IMG/VR virus record: IMGVR_UViG_3300045003_000080
Location: 32,001 to 96,000 of that record
Reading direction: 5' to 3' (one strand)
Length of the DNA: 64,000 nucleotides
Source: a virus
A program made the position numbers and the translations under genes. Below are positions 1 through 6,760 of the stretch, piece by piece; the stretch's first letter is position 1, and the number at the start of each line of letters is the position of its first letter. The notes under the pieces were generated by a model. The model made no database searches, was not told the origin of the DNA, and worked only from the letters and a program-made list of their open reading frames with translations.

Positions 1-26
1 CCTCCGGTTGACTCGTCTCCCCGGAG

Positions 27-233
27 GTGCTGGTGCCGGACTTGACGTATCTCTTCACGATCCGGCAGATCGCCGAGTTCTTCGACGTCCCAGCCCAGCC
101 CCTGTACCTGGCAGCCTCACGGGGGAAGGTACCCCGGTACGGGCGACGCGGCGACTACCGGTACGACCTCGAGGATTTCTACCCGTTAATACAGGGCCTC
201 GCGCGGCGTCTCGCCGATCTTGACAGCGCATGA
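27..233 (+). CDS. Small excisionase/MerR-like HTH DNA-binding protein
   Basis: FTIRQIAEFFDVPAQPLYLAASRGKVP...YRY matches the Xis/HTH_17 pattern; start may lie upstream of window. Confidence 0.6.
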   Translation: MLVPDLTYLFTIRQIAEFFDVPAQPLYLAASRGKVPRYGRRGDYRYDLEDFYPLIQGLARRLADLDSA

Positions 234-248
234 CCACACGTTGATAAT
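220..248 (+). promoter_or_regulatory. SigA/HrdB-type promoter
   Basis: TTGACA(220-225)-N17-GATAAT(243-248), upstream of small ORF and first tRNA block. Confidence 0.7.
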
Positions 249-286
249 TTCTGACTGACCCCGTGTGCCTTGTCCCGGGAGGCGTC

Positions 287-511
287 ATGCCTGTGCGCGC
301 CTCGAAAGATGGCCGGCTGCCCTGGGGTGTCGTGGACTGGTCGCACGCACCGATGGCTCGGATGGGGATCTCCGGCCTGTGTGTGCACTGTGGGGAGCCC
401 GCGTACCTTCGCCACCCGTTGACGAACCAGCCGTGTCACAAAGTCTGTGACGACGTGTATGATCGTCATACACGGCAGGTTGCCCGAGCGGCCAATGGGA
501 GCGCGCTGTAA
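287..511 (+). CDS. Small Cys/His-rich hypothetical protein
   Basis: GGAGG RBS before ATG 287; CxxC...CHxxC; 3' end runs into tRNA-Tyr. Confidence 0.4.
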   Translation: MPVRASKDGRLPWGVVDWSHAPMARMGISGLCVHCGEPAYLRHPLTNQPCHKVCDDVYDRHTRQVARAANGSAL

Positions 512-554
512 ACGCGTCGCGAAAGCTACCCAGGTTCGAATCCTGGACCTGCCA
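474..554 (+). tRNA. tRNA-Tyr(GTA)
   Basis: GGCAGGT/ACCTGCC acceptor, loop CTGTAAA, long variable arm, GTTCGAATC; no encoded CCA. Confidence 0.95.
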
Positions 555-555
555 C

Positions 556-626
556 GTCCGAGTGGCCGAGAGGCAAGGCAGCAGCCTGCAAAGCTGCGTA
601 CGCGGGTTCGAATCCCGCCTTGGACT
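556..626 (+). tRNA. tRNA-Cys(GCA)
   Basis: GTCCGAG/CTTGGAC acceptor, GCAGC-CTGCAAA-GCTGC arm, U73. Confidence 0.95.
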
Positions 627-631
627 CCCCT

Positions 632-706
632 GGGCGTGTAGAGCCAACTGGTAGAGCAGCGACGCTTAAAACGTTGTGGTTGCCGGTTCGAATCCGGCCG
701 CGCCCA
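632..706 (+). tRNA. tRNA-Leu(TAA), short variable arm, weak D-stem
   Basis: GGGCGTG/CGCGCCC acceptor, CGACG-CTTAAAA-CGTTG arm, GCCGG-TTCGAAT-CCGGC T arm. Confidence 0.85.
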
Positions 707-707
707 C

Positions 708-1277
708 ATGAACACCCTGACAGCGAACATCAACATCGCGAAAGCACTCGCGGCCAGTGAGCATCCCTACGCGCGCGGCAAAATCATCAGCGACGACCCG
801 AACGCCCCCAACGGCGCCGGCTCGCCCGAAGGTATTGACTACGTCATCCTGCCCGACCGGTCCGTGCAGTGCAGTGTCGGCTGGTCCCCGCACGTCCAGG
901 ACGGCGTCATCACTCACTTCTACCAGGACGACAACCAGGTCGAAGGCATCCTCTACGACGTCCCCGAGTTGAACCACCACCCCACCGTCCTAACCAACCT
1001 GCCCGACGGCTCACCGGTGCGCGTCGACAGGGACATCGCCCACATCCTCAAGGCACTGTGGGCGCAGGGCGTCGAAACGTTCGCGTCCTGCCAAGGCGGC
1101 TGCCCCGGTGACGGCAGGCCGGCGAACCTCGCGATGATCGGCTACTACACCTGCGACGAGAACACGGTGCGCGAGTTCTTCAAAGACTTCCCGTACGCCG
1201 AGTTCGAGGATGGCGGCTTCAACACCCGGTTCGTCTGGTTCCAGACGCCCCTCCCGTGCCCGGCGTGCACCCCATGA
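708..1277 (+). CDS. Hypothetical protein with TYW3-like motif
   Basis: Good codon usage; VDRDIAHILKALWAQGVETFASCQG motif. Confidence 0.6.
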   Translation: MNTLTANINIAKALAASEHPYARGKIISDDPNAPNGAGSPEGIDYVILPDRSVQCSVGWSPHVQDGVITHFYQDDNQVEGILYDVPELNHHPTVLTNLPDGSPVRVDRDIAHILKALWAQGVETFASCQGGCPGDGRPANLAMIGYYTCDENTVREFFKDFPYAEFEDGGFNTRFVWFQTPLPCPACTP

Positions 1278-1325
1278 ACGGCGCTGGGCAGAAGTATCAC
1301 ACCCCGCGATAGTACGATCCGACGT

Positions 1326-1973
1326 ATGGATGACTTTCCCCGCCTCGAACTACGCACCAAACGCCTCATCCTCACCACCGACGCCGCCCACCTGCTCGAA
1401 CTGGCCGAACTCGCACGCGCCGGCATCCACGACCCCGAAGTACAGCCCTTCAGCACCATGTGGACCGACGTCACCCCCGACGAGCGCCTCGAATCAGTCA
1501 TCGACTGGCACCGCACCCGACGCGAAACCTGGGACGAAAACGACTGGACCCTGCCGTTCTTCGTCCTGCACGCTGGCGCCGTCATCGGCACCCAATCCAT
1601 CAGCGCCGACAACTTCGCGATCCTGCGCACCGTACGCACCGGATCATGGCTCGGACAACGCCACCAGGGCCAAGGGTTCGGCACCGAAATGCGCACCGCC
1701 ATCCTGCACTTCTCGTTTGTCCTGCTCGGCGCCTACTACGCCATGACCAGCGCCCACGACAACAACGCCGCATCCAACGGGGTGTCACGGAAACTTGGCT
1801 ACCGGCACAACGGAATCAGCCGCGTCGTCGTACGGGGCGGCCCCGTCACCGTGCGGCACTACATCATGACGTACGCCGACTGGGAAGGCCGCGAATCGGA
1901 CATCGCCATCGAAGGCGACCTCAACGCGCTCACACGCGCATGCGGTGTCCCCCCCCACGGCACCCTACGATGA
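1326..1973 (+). CDS. GNAT acyltransferase, RimJ/RimL family (Rv0802c-like)
   Basis: GIHDP..PF..W, TGSWLGQRHQGQGFGTEMR, NAASNGVSRKLGY motifs. Confidence 0.9.
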   Translation: MDDFPRLELRTKRLILTTDAAHLLELAELARAGIHDPEVQPFSTMWTDVTPDERLESVIDWHRTRRETWDENDWTLPFFVLHAGAVIGTQSISADNFAILRTVRTGSWLGQRHQGQGFGTEMRTAILHFSFVLLGAYYAMTSAHDNNAASNGVSRKLGYRHNGISRVVVRGGPVTVRHYIMTYADWEGRESDIAIEGDLNALTRACGVPPHGTLR

Positions 1974-1977
1974 TCGT

Positions 1978-2238
1978 GTGCGCGTAGAACAACACCATTA
2001 CATCTCCACCGCCTGCCAACACGGCATCCACACCCGGTGCGCCCGCACCTGCAAATTCTGCGACGCACCCTGCCGATGCGGCTGCGACCACGACGAACGC
2101 GACGACGAGGAACTACATGAAGCGCTCGCCCGGTTCCTCTGGGAAAACGACGCCTGGAACGACCTGACCTCGCACCCGCGAGAACTCGCCGACCAGATCG
2201 TCGGGTTCCTGTGCCGCATCCCCCCGTCCTGCCGGTAG
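1978..2238 (+). CDS. Cys/His-rich hypothetical protein
   Basis: HYISTACQHGIHTRCARTCKFCDAPCRCGCDH; GTG 6 nt after TACGAT. Confidence 0.6.
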   Translation: MRVEQHHYISTACQHGIHTRCARTCKFCDAPCRCGCDHDERDDEELHEALARFLWENDAWNDLTSHPRELADQIVGFLCRIPPSCR

Positions 2239-2246
2239 GAGGATGC

Positions 2247-2438
2247 GTGCGCCTGATCGTCACCAACGGCGCCCAGGCAGTCGACATCACCGTCAAAGGC
2301 GGCGGCGTTAAAGCATTGATACGAGCCGAGAAGGTCGCGCGCCGACTCATGCGGCAATCCGCGAAGACGGCTGCCACCACCCAGCCGTTCGGGTTCACCG
2401 TCCGCTCCGACACCGCACTCGCCGACACCGACGAATAA
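2247..2438 (+). CDS. Small hypothetical protein
   Basis: AGGAGG RBS before GTG 2247. Confidence 0.6.
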   Translation: MRLIVTNGAQAVDITVKGGGVKALIRAEKVARRLMRQSAKTAATTQPFGFTVRSDTALADTDE

Positions 2439-2440
2439 GT

Positions 2441-2469
2441 GTGACGACCCCCGGGATTCGTGGTATAAG
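2441..2469 (+). promoter_or_regulatory. Promoter for peptide + tRNA operon
   Basis: GTGACG-N17-TATAAG with extended -10 TG. Confidence 0.55.
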
Positions 2470-2499
2470 AGTGGTGTCAGTTCCTTCCAGAGGAGCGCA

Positions 2500-2664
2500 G
2501 TGACACCACCCACCCCTACCGAGGCTGCCGTGATCACGCGGATCCCGGACGTGCTGGGGCAGCCCCTCGGCAAGCCGACGCCCGCCACTGCGGCGATCCG
2601 CGACAGGATCCTGCAGAAGAAAAGCACCGAAGTACCAGTCGCCGCCTTCCAATCGTCGATCTAG
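2500..2664 (+). CDS. fxsA: FxSxx-COOH (FxsA-like) peptide 1, 54 aa
   Basis: AGAGGAG RBS; MTPPTPTEAAVITRIPDVLGQPLGKPTPATAAIRDRILQKKSTEVPVAAFQSSI*; below ORF-track cutoff. Confidence 0.85.
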   Translation: MTPPTPTEAAVITRIPDVLGQPLGKPTPATAAIRDRILQKKSTEVPVAAFQSSI

Positions 2665-2672
2665 AGGTTGAC

Positions 2673-2852
2673 ATGTCAGCCGCCACCGAAACCCCCATCC
2701 CGTCGCAGGTCGTCGACCTGCGCCAAACGCCGCTCCGCCAACTCGTCAGCGACCGCGAACCCGGCAAAGCGGCCCGCGACGCAGTCGCACGAATCGCGCC
2801 CCCCGACCAGACATCAAAGGTCCCAGTCGCCGCCTTCAACTCATCCCTGTAG
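2673..2852 (+). CDS. fxsA: FxSxx-COOH (FxsA-like) peptide 2, 59 aa
   Basis: GAGG RBS; MSAATETPIPSQVVDLRQTPLRQLVSDREPGKAARDAVARIAPPDQTSKVPVAAFNSSL*; below ORF-track cutoff. Confidence 0.88.
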   Translation: MSAATETPIPSQVVDLRQTPLRQLVSDREPGKAARDAVARIAPPDQTSKVPVAAFNSSL

Positions 2853-2861
2853 GAGCCGCAC

Positions 2862-3068
2862 GTGACCACCCTCGACGAAACCCCCGTCGCCGCATCGTCG
2901 ACCGAAGAGATGTGGGGCACGCCGGAAACATGGCGAATGCCAGACGCGGGCGACACGCCTCTCGGCCAAGCTGGCACGGGAGAACAGCGTGACGCCGTCG
3001 CGCGACTCGTCCGGAAAGACAAGGGCAGCAGCGCCGTCCCGGTCGCCGCGTTCAACGCCTCACTGTAA
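2862..3068 (+). CDS. FxSxx-COOH-like peptide 3, 68 aa (FNASL variant)
   Basis: AGGAG RBS; ...MPDAGDTPLGQ...RDAVARLVRKDKGSSAVPVAAFNASL*. Confidence 0.8.
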   Translation: MTTLDETPVAASSTEEMWGTPETWRMPDAGDTPLGQAGTGEQRDAVARLVRKDKGSSAVPVAAFNASL

Positions 3069-3078
3069 ACAGCACAAC

Positions 3079-3152
3079 GGGCCTATAGCTCAACCCGGCA
3101 GAGCACCTGCTTTGCAAGCAGGGGGTTCGGGGTTCAACTCCCCGTGGGTCCA
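3079..3152 (+). tRNA. tRNA-Ala(TGC)
   Basis: G3:U70 pair, CCTGC-TTTGCAA-GCAGG arm. Confidence 0.95.
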
Positions 3153-3228
3153 CGGGACGGTGCGGCCACGCTCCGGGAGCAGACGCCGCGCAAGCGGCCC
3201 CACGAGCTGCTGAAATGTGGGTGGCAAC

Positions 3229-3303
3229 GCCCTGTTAGCTCAGCCGGCCGAGAGCGGCTCCCTCGTAAGGAGCAGGTCCGGGGTTCGACTCCCCGACGGG
3301 GCT
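3229..3303 (+). tRNA. tRNA-Thr(CGT)
   Basis: GCTCC-CTCGTAA-GGAGC arm, GGTTCGACT T loop. Confidence 0.93.
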
Positions 3304-3356
3304 CGTGGTACTGTAGGATTACATCAAGCGGTGAGGGCGAAAGCCCGGCCGCCCGG

Positions 3357-3430
3357 TGCGGGGTGGCGCAGCTCGGTAGCGCGAAGGGCCCATAACCCTT
3401 GTGTCGCAGGTTCAAATCCTGCCCCCGCCA
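3357..3430 (+). tRNA. Initiator tRNA-fMet(CAT), C33
   Basis: 1:72 mismatch, three G-C pairs closing loop CCCATAA. Confidence 0.9.
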
Positions 3431-3449
3431 CTAAGGCGCCGTCCCTCTT

Positions 3450-3523
3450 GGCCCGTGGGGATTCAACGCCGACAAAGCCTGAGGTCCGAACTCAGTGCGC
3501 GCCCCGCAAGGGGAAACGGGCCT
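3450..3523 (+). ncRNA. tRNA-like element (anticodon-like CCG, GNRA hairpin replacing T arm)
   Basis: 7-bp GGCCCGT/ACGGGCC stem, CTGAG-GTCCGAA-CTCAG arm, CCCC-GCAA-GGGG. Confidence 0.45.
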
Positions 3524-3529
3524 GCCAAA

Positions 3530-3604
3530 CGGAACGTGGGGTAGCCCGGCCGCCCGCCAGCTTTGGGAGCTGGTTCTACGCAGGTTCGAATCCTGCCGTT
3601 CCGA
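3530..3604 (+). tRNA. tRNA-Pro(TGG)
   Basis: CGGAACG/CGTTCCG acceptor, CCAGC-TTTGGGA-GCTGG arm. Confidence 0.93.
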
Positions 3605-3618
3605 CAACAACTTGATAT

Positions 3619-3693
3619 GGCCCTATAGCCCAATTGGCAGTAGGCGACGGTCTGAGGGGCCGTACAGTGCAGGTTCGAGTCCTGCTAGGGCCA
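3619..3693 (+). tRNA. tRNA-Leu(GAG), short variable arm
   Basis: ACGGT-CTGAGGG-GCCGT arm; GGCCCTA/TAGGGCC acceptor. Confidence 0.9.
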
Positions 3694-3694
3694 C

Positions 3695-3767
3695 GCTGAT
3701 GTGGCCCAGTCGGTAGGGCGTCTCCTCGCCATGGAGAAGGTCACGGGTTCGATCCCCGTCATCAGCT
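3695..3767 (+). tRNA. tRNA-Gly(GCC), C33
   Basis: TCTCC-TCGCCAT-GGAGA arm, U73. Confidence 0.9.
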
Positions 3768-3771
3768 CTAT

Positions 3772-3846
3772 GGTCCCGTGGAGCAGCTTGGAGTGCTCGA
3801 CTGCCCGTCAAGCAGTAGGTCGCGAGTTCGAATCTCGTCGGGACCG
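3772..3846 (+). tRNA. tRNA-Asp(GTC), C33
   Basis: ACTGC-CCGTCAA-GCAGT arm, G73. Confidence 0.92.
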
Positions 3847-3862
3847 CTCTACACTGGTTGAT

Positions 3863-4063
3863 ATGGCGAACTTTTTTCATCACGCTGGGGATGTCCTGCA
3901 CGAGGCCCTGCATTCGCTTGGCGACGAGTTCGACAAGGTGTTGGCGGAGCTTAGGCGCGCTGAGCAACCGGCTGTGCACGATGCGGAAGCGGCTGTTGGT
4001 GAGGCTGTGAAGGCTGCTGAGACTGTTGCAGAATCGGCAACTTCGGGTGTCGTCAACAAGTAG
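3863..4063 (+). CDS. Small helical hypothetical protein
   Basis: ATG 7 nt after TACACT; MANFFHHAGDVLHEAL... Confidence 0.6.
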   Translation: MANFFHHAGDVLHEALHSLGDEFDKVLAELRRAEQPAVHDAEAAVGEAVKAAETVAESATSGVVNK

Positions 4064-4085
4064 ACGCCATTAGTACTATGGCGCT

Positions 4086-4502
4086 ATGGGACCACTCTTC
4101 ACGGGTGACGTGCCCGTGCTACTCGACGTCGACCTTGACCCCGATCAACGGCAACTAGTTGCCAAGGTGATCGGCGACATGCCACCAGCCGATTGGTTGC
4201 GCGGGGTGATTCTGCGTGCCGCACTGTGGCAGGTAGCCGTCCGAGAGTTGCGCGAAGGCGACCCGCAACGCCACGACTGGACGTCGGAGAATCTGCCGAC
4301 GTGCCTTGTCGAGATCCTTGACGCCCAGGCGGGGAAGCTTCATTCGCCCGGTGGCGCGGTGCGCAGGTGTCTCGCGGATATCCTCAACGTGTACGACGGG
4401 ATGATGATCTACGACGACGGTGTTGCTGAGGCGCACGAAGAGATGTGGCGGGGGAGTCTGAGCACGAGCGAGTTCGTCGACGCGAAGGCGCGCCGGCCGT
4501 GA
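4086..4502 (+). CDS. Hypothetical protein
   Basis: ATG 6 nt after TACTAT; GTGA-coupled to next gene. Confidence 0.65.
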   Translation: MGPLFTGDVPVLLDVDLDPDQRQLVAKVIGDMPPADWLRGVILRAALWQVAVRELREGDPQRHDWTSENLPTCLVEILDAQAGKLHSPGGAVRRCLADILNVYDGMMIYDDGVAEAHEEMWRGSLSTSEFVDAKARRP

Positions 4503-5062
4503 GTGACGGCTTGTTGTTCGTCGGTGTCGACGGGGTGTTGAACCCTTGGGACGTGCCGCGAGGCCGCGAGCTGCCTGGTTATGAAACGTTCTACCGGTAT
4601 CGCGAGTTCAACCCGGGTGGTTATACCGCTCCTACGGTGTGGGGGCTTGGCCCGGTGCAACGTGGCGGTACGCGTGTGCGGTTGAACCGGGAACACGGCT
4701 GCATGTTGCGTGAGGTTGCGGAGCGGTGGAGTCTGGAGTTGGTGTGGGCGACGTGGTGGGGGGATGACGCGCCCCGGTTGATCGCGCCGGTGCTCGGGTT
4801 GCCGGAGATGCGGGTGGTGCCTCTTTATCCAGGCACGAACCGTCCTGGCGAGAATTGGAAGCGTTGGGCGGTGAACTCGTTCGCGGATGGTCGGCCTTTC
4901 GGGTGGTTGGATGACGAGTTCGGTGCCGGTGACTATGTGTGGGCGGCGAACCGGCAGTTGAAGAAATGCATTCCGACGTTCGTGTGGAATGTGGATCCCA
5001 GGGAGGGTTTGACGTGGCAGGCCGTTAAGATGGTCGACACGTACTTCTGGGGCCTGTCGTGA
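4499..5062 (+). CDS. HAD-family phosphatase (HAD_SAK-like), first Asp replaced by Gly
   Basis: LFVGVDGVLN, LVWATWW, WK, WLDDE, VDPREGLT motifs. Confidence 0.8.
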   Translation: MSDGLLFVGVDGVLNPWDVPRGRELPGYETFYRYREFNPGGYTAPTVWGLGPVQRGGTRVRLNREHGCMLREVAERWSLELVWATWWGDDAPRLIAPVLGLPEMRVVPLYPGTNRPGENWKRWAVNSFADGRPFGWLDDEFGAGDYVWAANRQLKKCIPTFVWNVDPREGLTWQAVKMVDTYFWGLS

Positions 5063-5397
5063 GCGGCGAGGGGAAGCTCGTTCGGGATGGCGTTGCAGGG
5101 GTTGTGGGGGAGCGCGGTTTGGTGCCGGTTTTCCGGCATGCGCGTAGCGATGATGAGCATGGGCGTCTGCTTCGGTTGAAACTCGTTGAGGAGGTCGGTG
5201 AGGCTGTTCTTGCAGGTCCGGAGGATCTGCTTGAGGAGCTTGCGGATGTGGTTGAGGCGTGCTTGGCGCTGGCCGATCTCCATGGGTTTACGCCTGAGCA
5301 GGTCTTCGACGAGACCGATAATAAGCGTGCTCGTTTGGGTGGTTTTGGCGCTGGAACGGTTCTGTTTTGGCGTGATACTTGCAATAACATTACGTAA
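5059..5397 (+). CDS. MazG-like nucleoside triphosphate pyrophosphohydrolase
   Basis: KLVRD...KLVEEVGE...EELADVVE...KR..LGGF. Confidence 0.85.
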   Translation: MSGEGKLVRDGVAGVVGERGLVPVFRHARSDDEHGRLLRLKLVEEVGEAVLAGPEDLLEELADVVEACLALADLHGFTPEQVFDETDNKRARLGGFGAGTVLFWRDTCNNIT

Positions 5398-5414
5398 TAT
5401 CGTACACTGCGCGC

Positions 5415-6068
5415 ATGACAACCCTCCAAACCTCCGATGCCCCACCAGCATCCGGAGATGACAACACGTTGGTGCTCCCGCACCACATCGACTTCCGCGC
5501 CACCATGCACACGGTCTGGAAGCAGCTACGCGACAAGGCCAGCACCGAAGGCGAACCCTACGAACACAACGGTGTCAATGGGTTCAGCTGGAAAGGCCAC
5601 TTCGTCGCGATCGTCAGGGCCGCCTACCCCGAGCACGACGCCATGAAAATCCAGATCGCCATCGGCGCGCCCATAAAGAAGCTCGGAGTCGTCGCCAAGC
5701 TTCGCGGTGGAGGCGCAGCAGGCGCAGTGCCTGCCGAGTGGTGGGTCGCCGACAAGTGGCCCGAGGGCGAGCCGACGACACGCTGGGACGACGACGAGTC
5801 GGAGTCAGAAGTCGAGGCCGAGACCGCCACCACGCCAGTGCCGGCTGTAGCCGCACCGGCCGCCCCGGGTGGCACCTTGGACGAGCTGACGCGCATGCTC
5901 GCCGCACACATCAACAACAAGGCGCGCGAGAAGACGGAAGGCGCACGCAAGGGCCTGGTCGAGCTGCGCAACAGCCTCGAAGACACGCGCGACAGGATCA
6001 ACGACACGATCAGCGAAATCGACGCGATGATCGAAGACCTCGACGCGCAGGACGGCGACCCGCGATGA
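5415..6068 (+). CDS. Hypothetical protein, C-terminal coiled coil
   Basis: ATG 6 nt after TACACT; paralog of next gene. Confidence 0.75.
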   Translation: MTTLQTSDAPPASGDDNTLVLPHHIDFRATMHTVWKQLRDKASTEGEPYEHNGVNGFSWKGHFVAIVRAAYPEHDAMKIQIAIGAPIKKLGVVAKLRGGGAAGAVPAEWWVADKWPEGEPTTRWDDDESESEVEAETATTPVPAVAAPAAPGGTLDELTRMLAAHINNKAREKTEGARKGLVELRNSLEDTRDRINDTISEIDAMIEDLDAQDGDPR

Positions 6069-6709
6069 CCACGTGCAACACGCAGACCCCACTGCCCCCC
6101 CTGCCGAGCGTCCCGAGTGAGAACTACCAGGCCGCGACGGTGCACGTGTGGGCTACCATGCGGGCAAGGGCCACGACGCCGCGCGAGCACGGCAAAGTGC
6201 CAGGGTACGTAGTCGACTACTCGCTGGTGGAGACCATCCGGGACCTGTGGCCGGAACTGCGCAAGCGTCAGAAGGAACTGGCTGCCGCGCAGGGTTACAT
6301 CGGCCTGCAGCTCAAGAGCACACACCGTGCGGCGTTCCTGGACCGGCGCTCTGGCCAGTGGTGGGTTTCCGCCACCTACGACGGCTCACCCGAACAGCCC
6401 GCGCCTGCGCCCGAGCTGGCGCCTGTCGTCGAAGCCGCGCTCCCGGCGCCGGTCGCCAAGGCCGTACCCGAGCCGATCGTGGCGGGCCCGGCGCCTGCCG
6501 TGTCGCCCGATCTCGATTTGGCCGAGCTGCTCGGGCCGATAGTGGAAAAGATCGGTGGCGACCTGAGGGCGAAGAACGCGGTGCTGAGCGCGGCGCTGGC
6601 GGAGGAGAAATCCAAAAACGATGCGCTGCGCAAGTGGATCAGGGAGCTTGTCGATGAGCAGCGCTTGCACGCCCAGAAAGGCGAAGAGATCCTCGAACTC
6701 ACCGCCTAA
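6065..6709 (+). CDS. Hypothetical protein, C-terminal coiled coil
   Basis: ATGA overlap with previous gene; shared N-terminal domain. Confidence 0.75.
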   Translation: MTTCNTQTPLPPLPSVPSENYQAATVHVWATMRARATTPREHGKVPGYVVDYSLVETIRDLWPELRKRQKELAAAQGYIGLQLKSTHRAAFLDRRSGQWWVSATYDGSPEQPAPAPELAPVVEAALPAPVAKAVPEPIVAGPAPAVSPDLDLAELLGPIVEKIGGDLRAKNAVLSAALAEEKSKNDALRKWIRELVDEQRLHAQKGEEILELTA

Positions 6710-6760
6710 TACTTATATACGACTGTTGCTGCGTGCTCGTGGGGAACGTACCCTGCGAGC

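Noticed and set aside
632-706. Ochre suppressor tRNA (UUA anticodon)
   Set aside because: The stem register gives loop C-U-UAA-A-A, i.e. anticodon UAA (Leu).
3479-3520. Hammerhead ribozyme (CTGA...GAAAC)
   Set aside because: The core is CTGAGGT, not CUGANGA, and the stems do not fit.
3134-3862. ORFs across the tRNA block and the 5' extension of 3701..4063
   Set aside because: They overlap well-formed tRNA genes.
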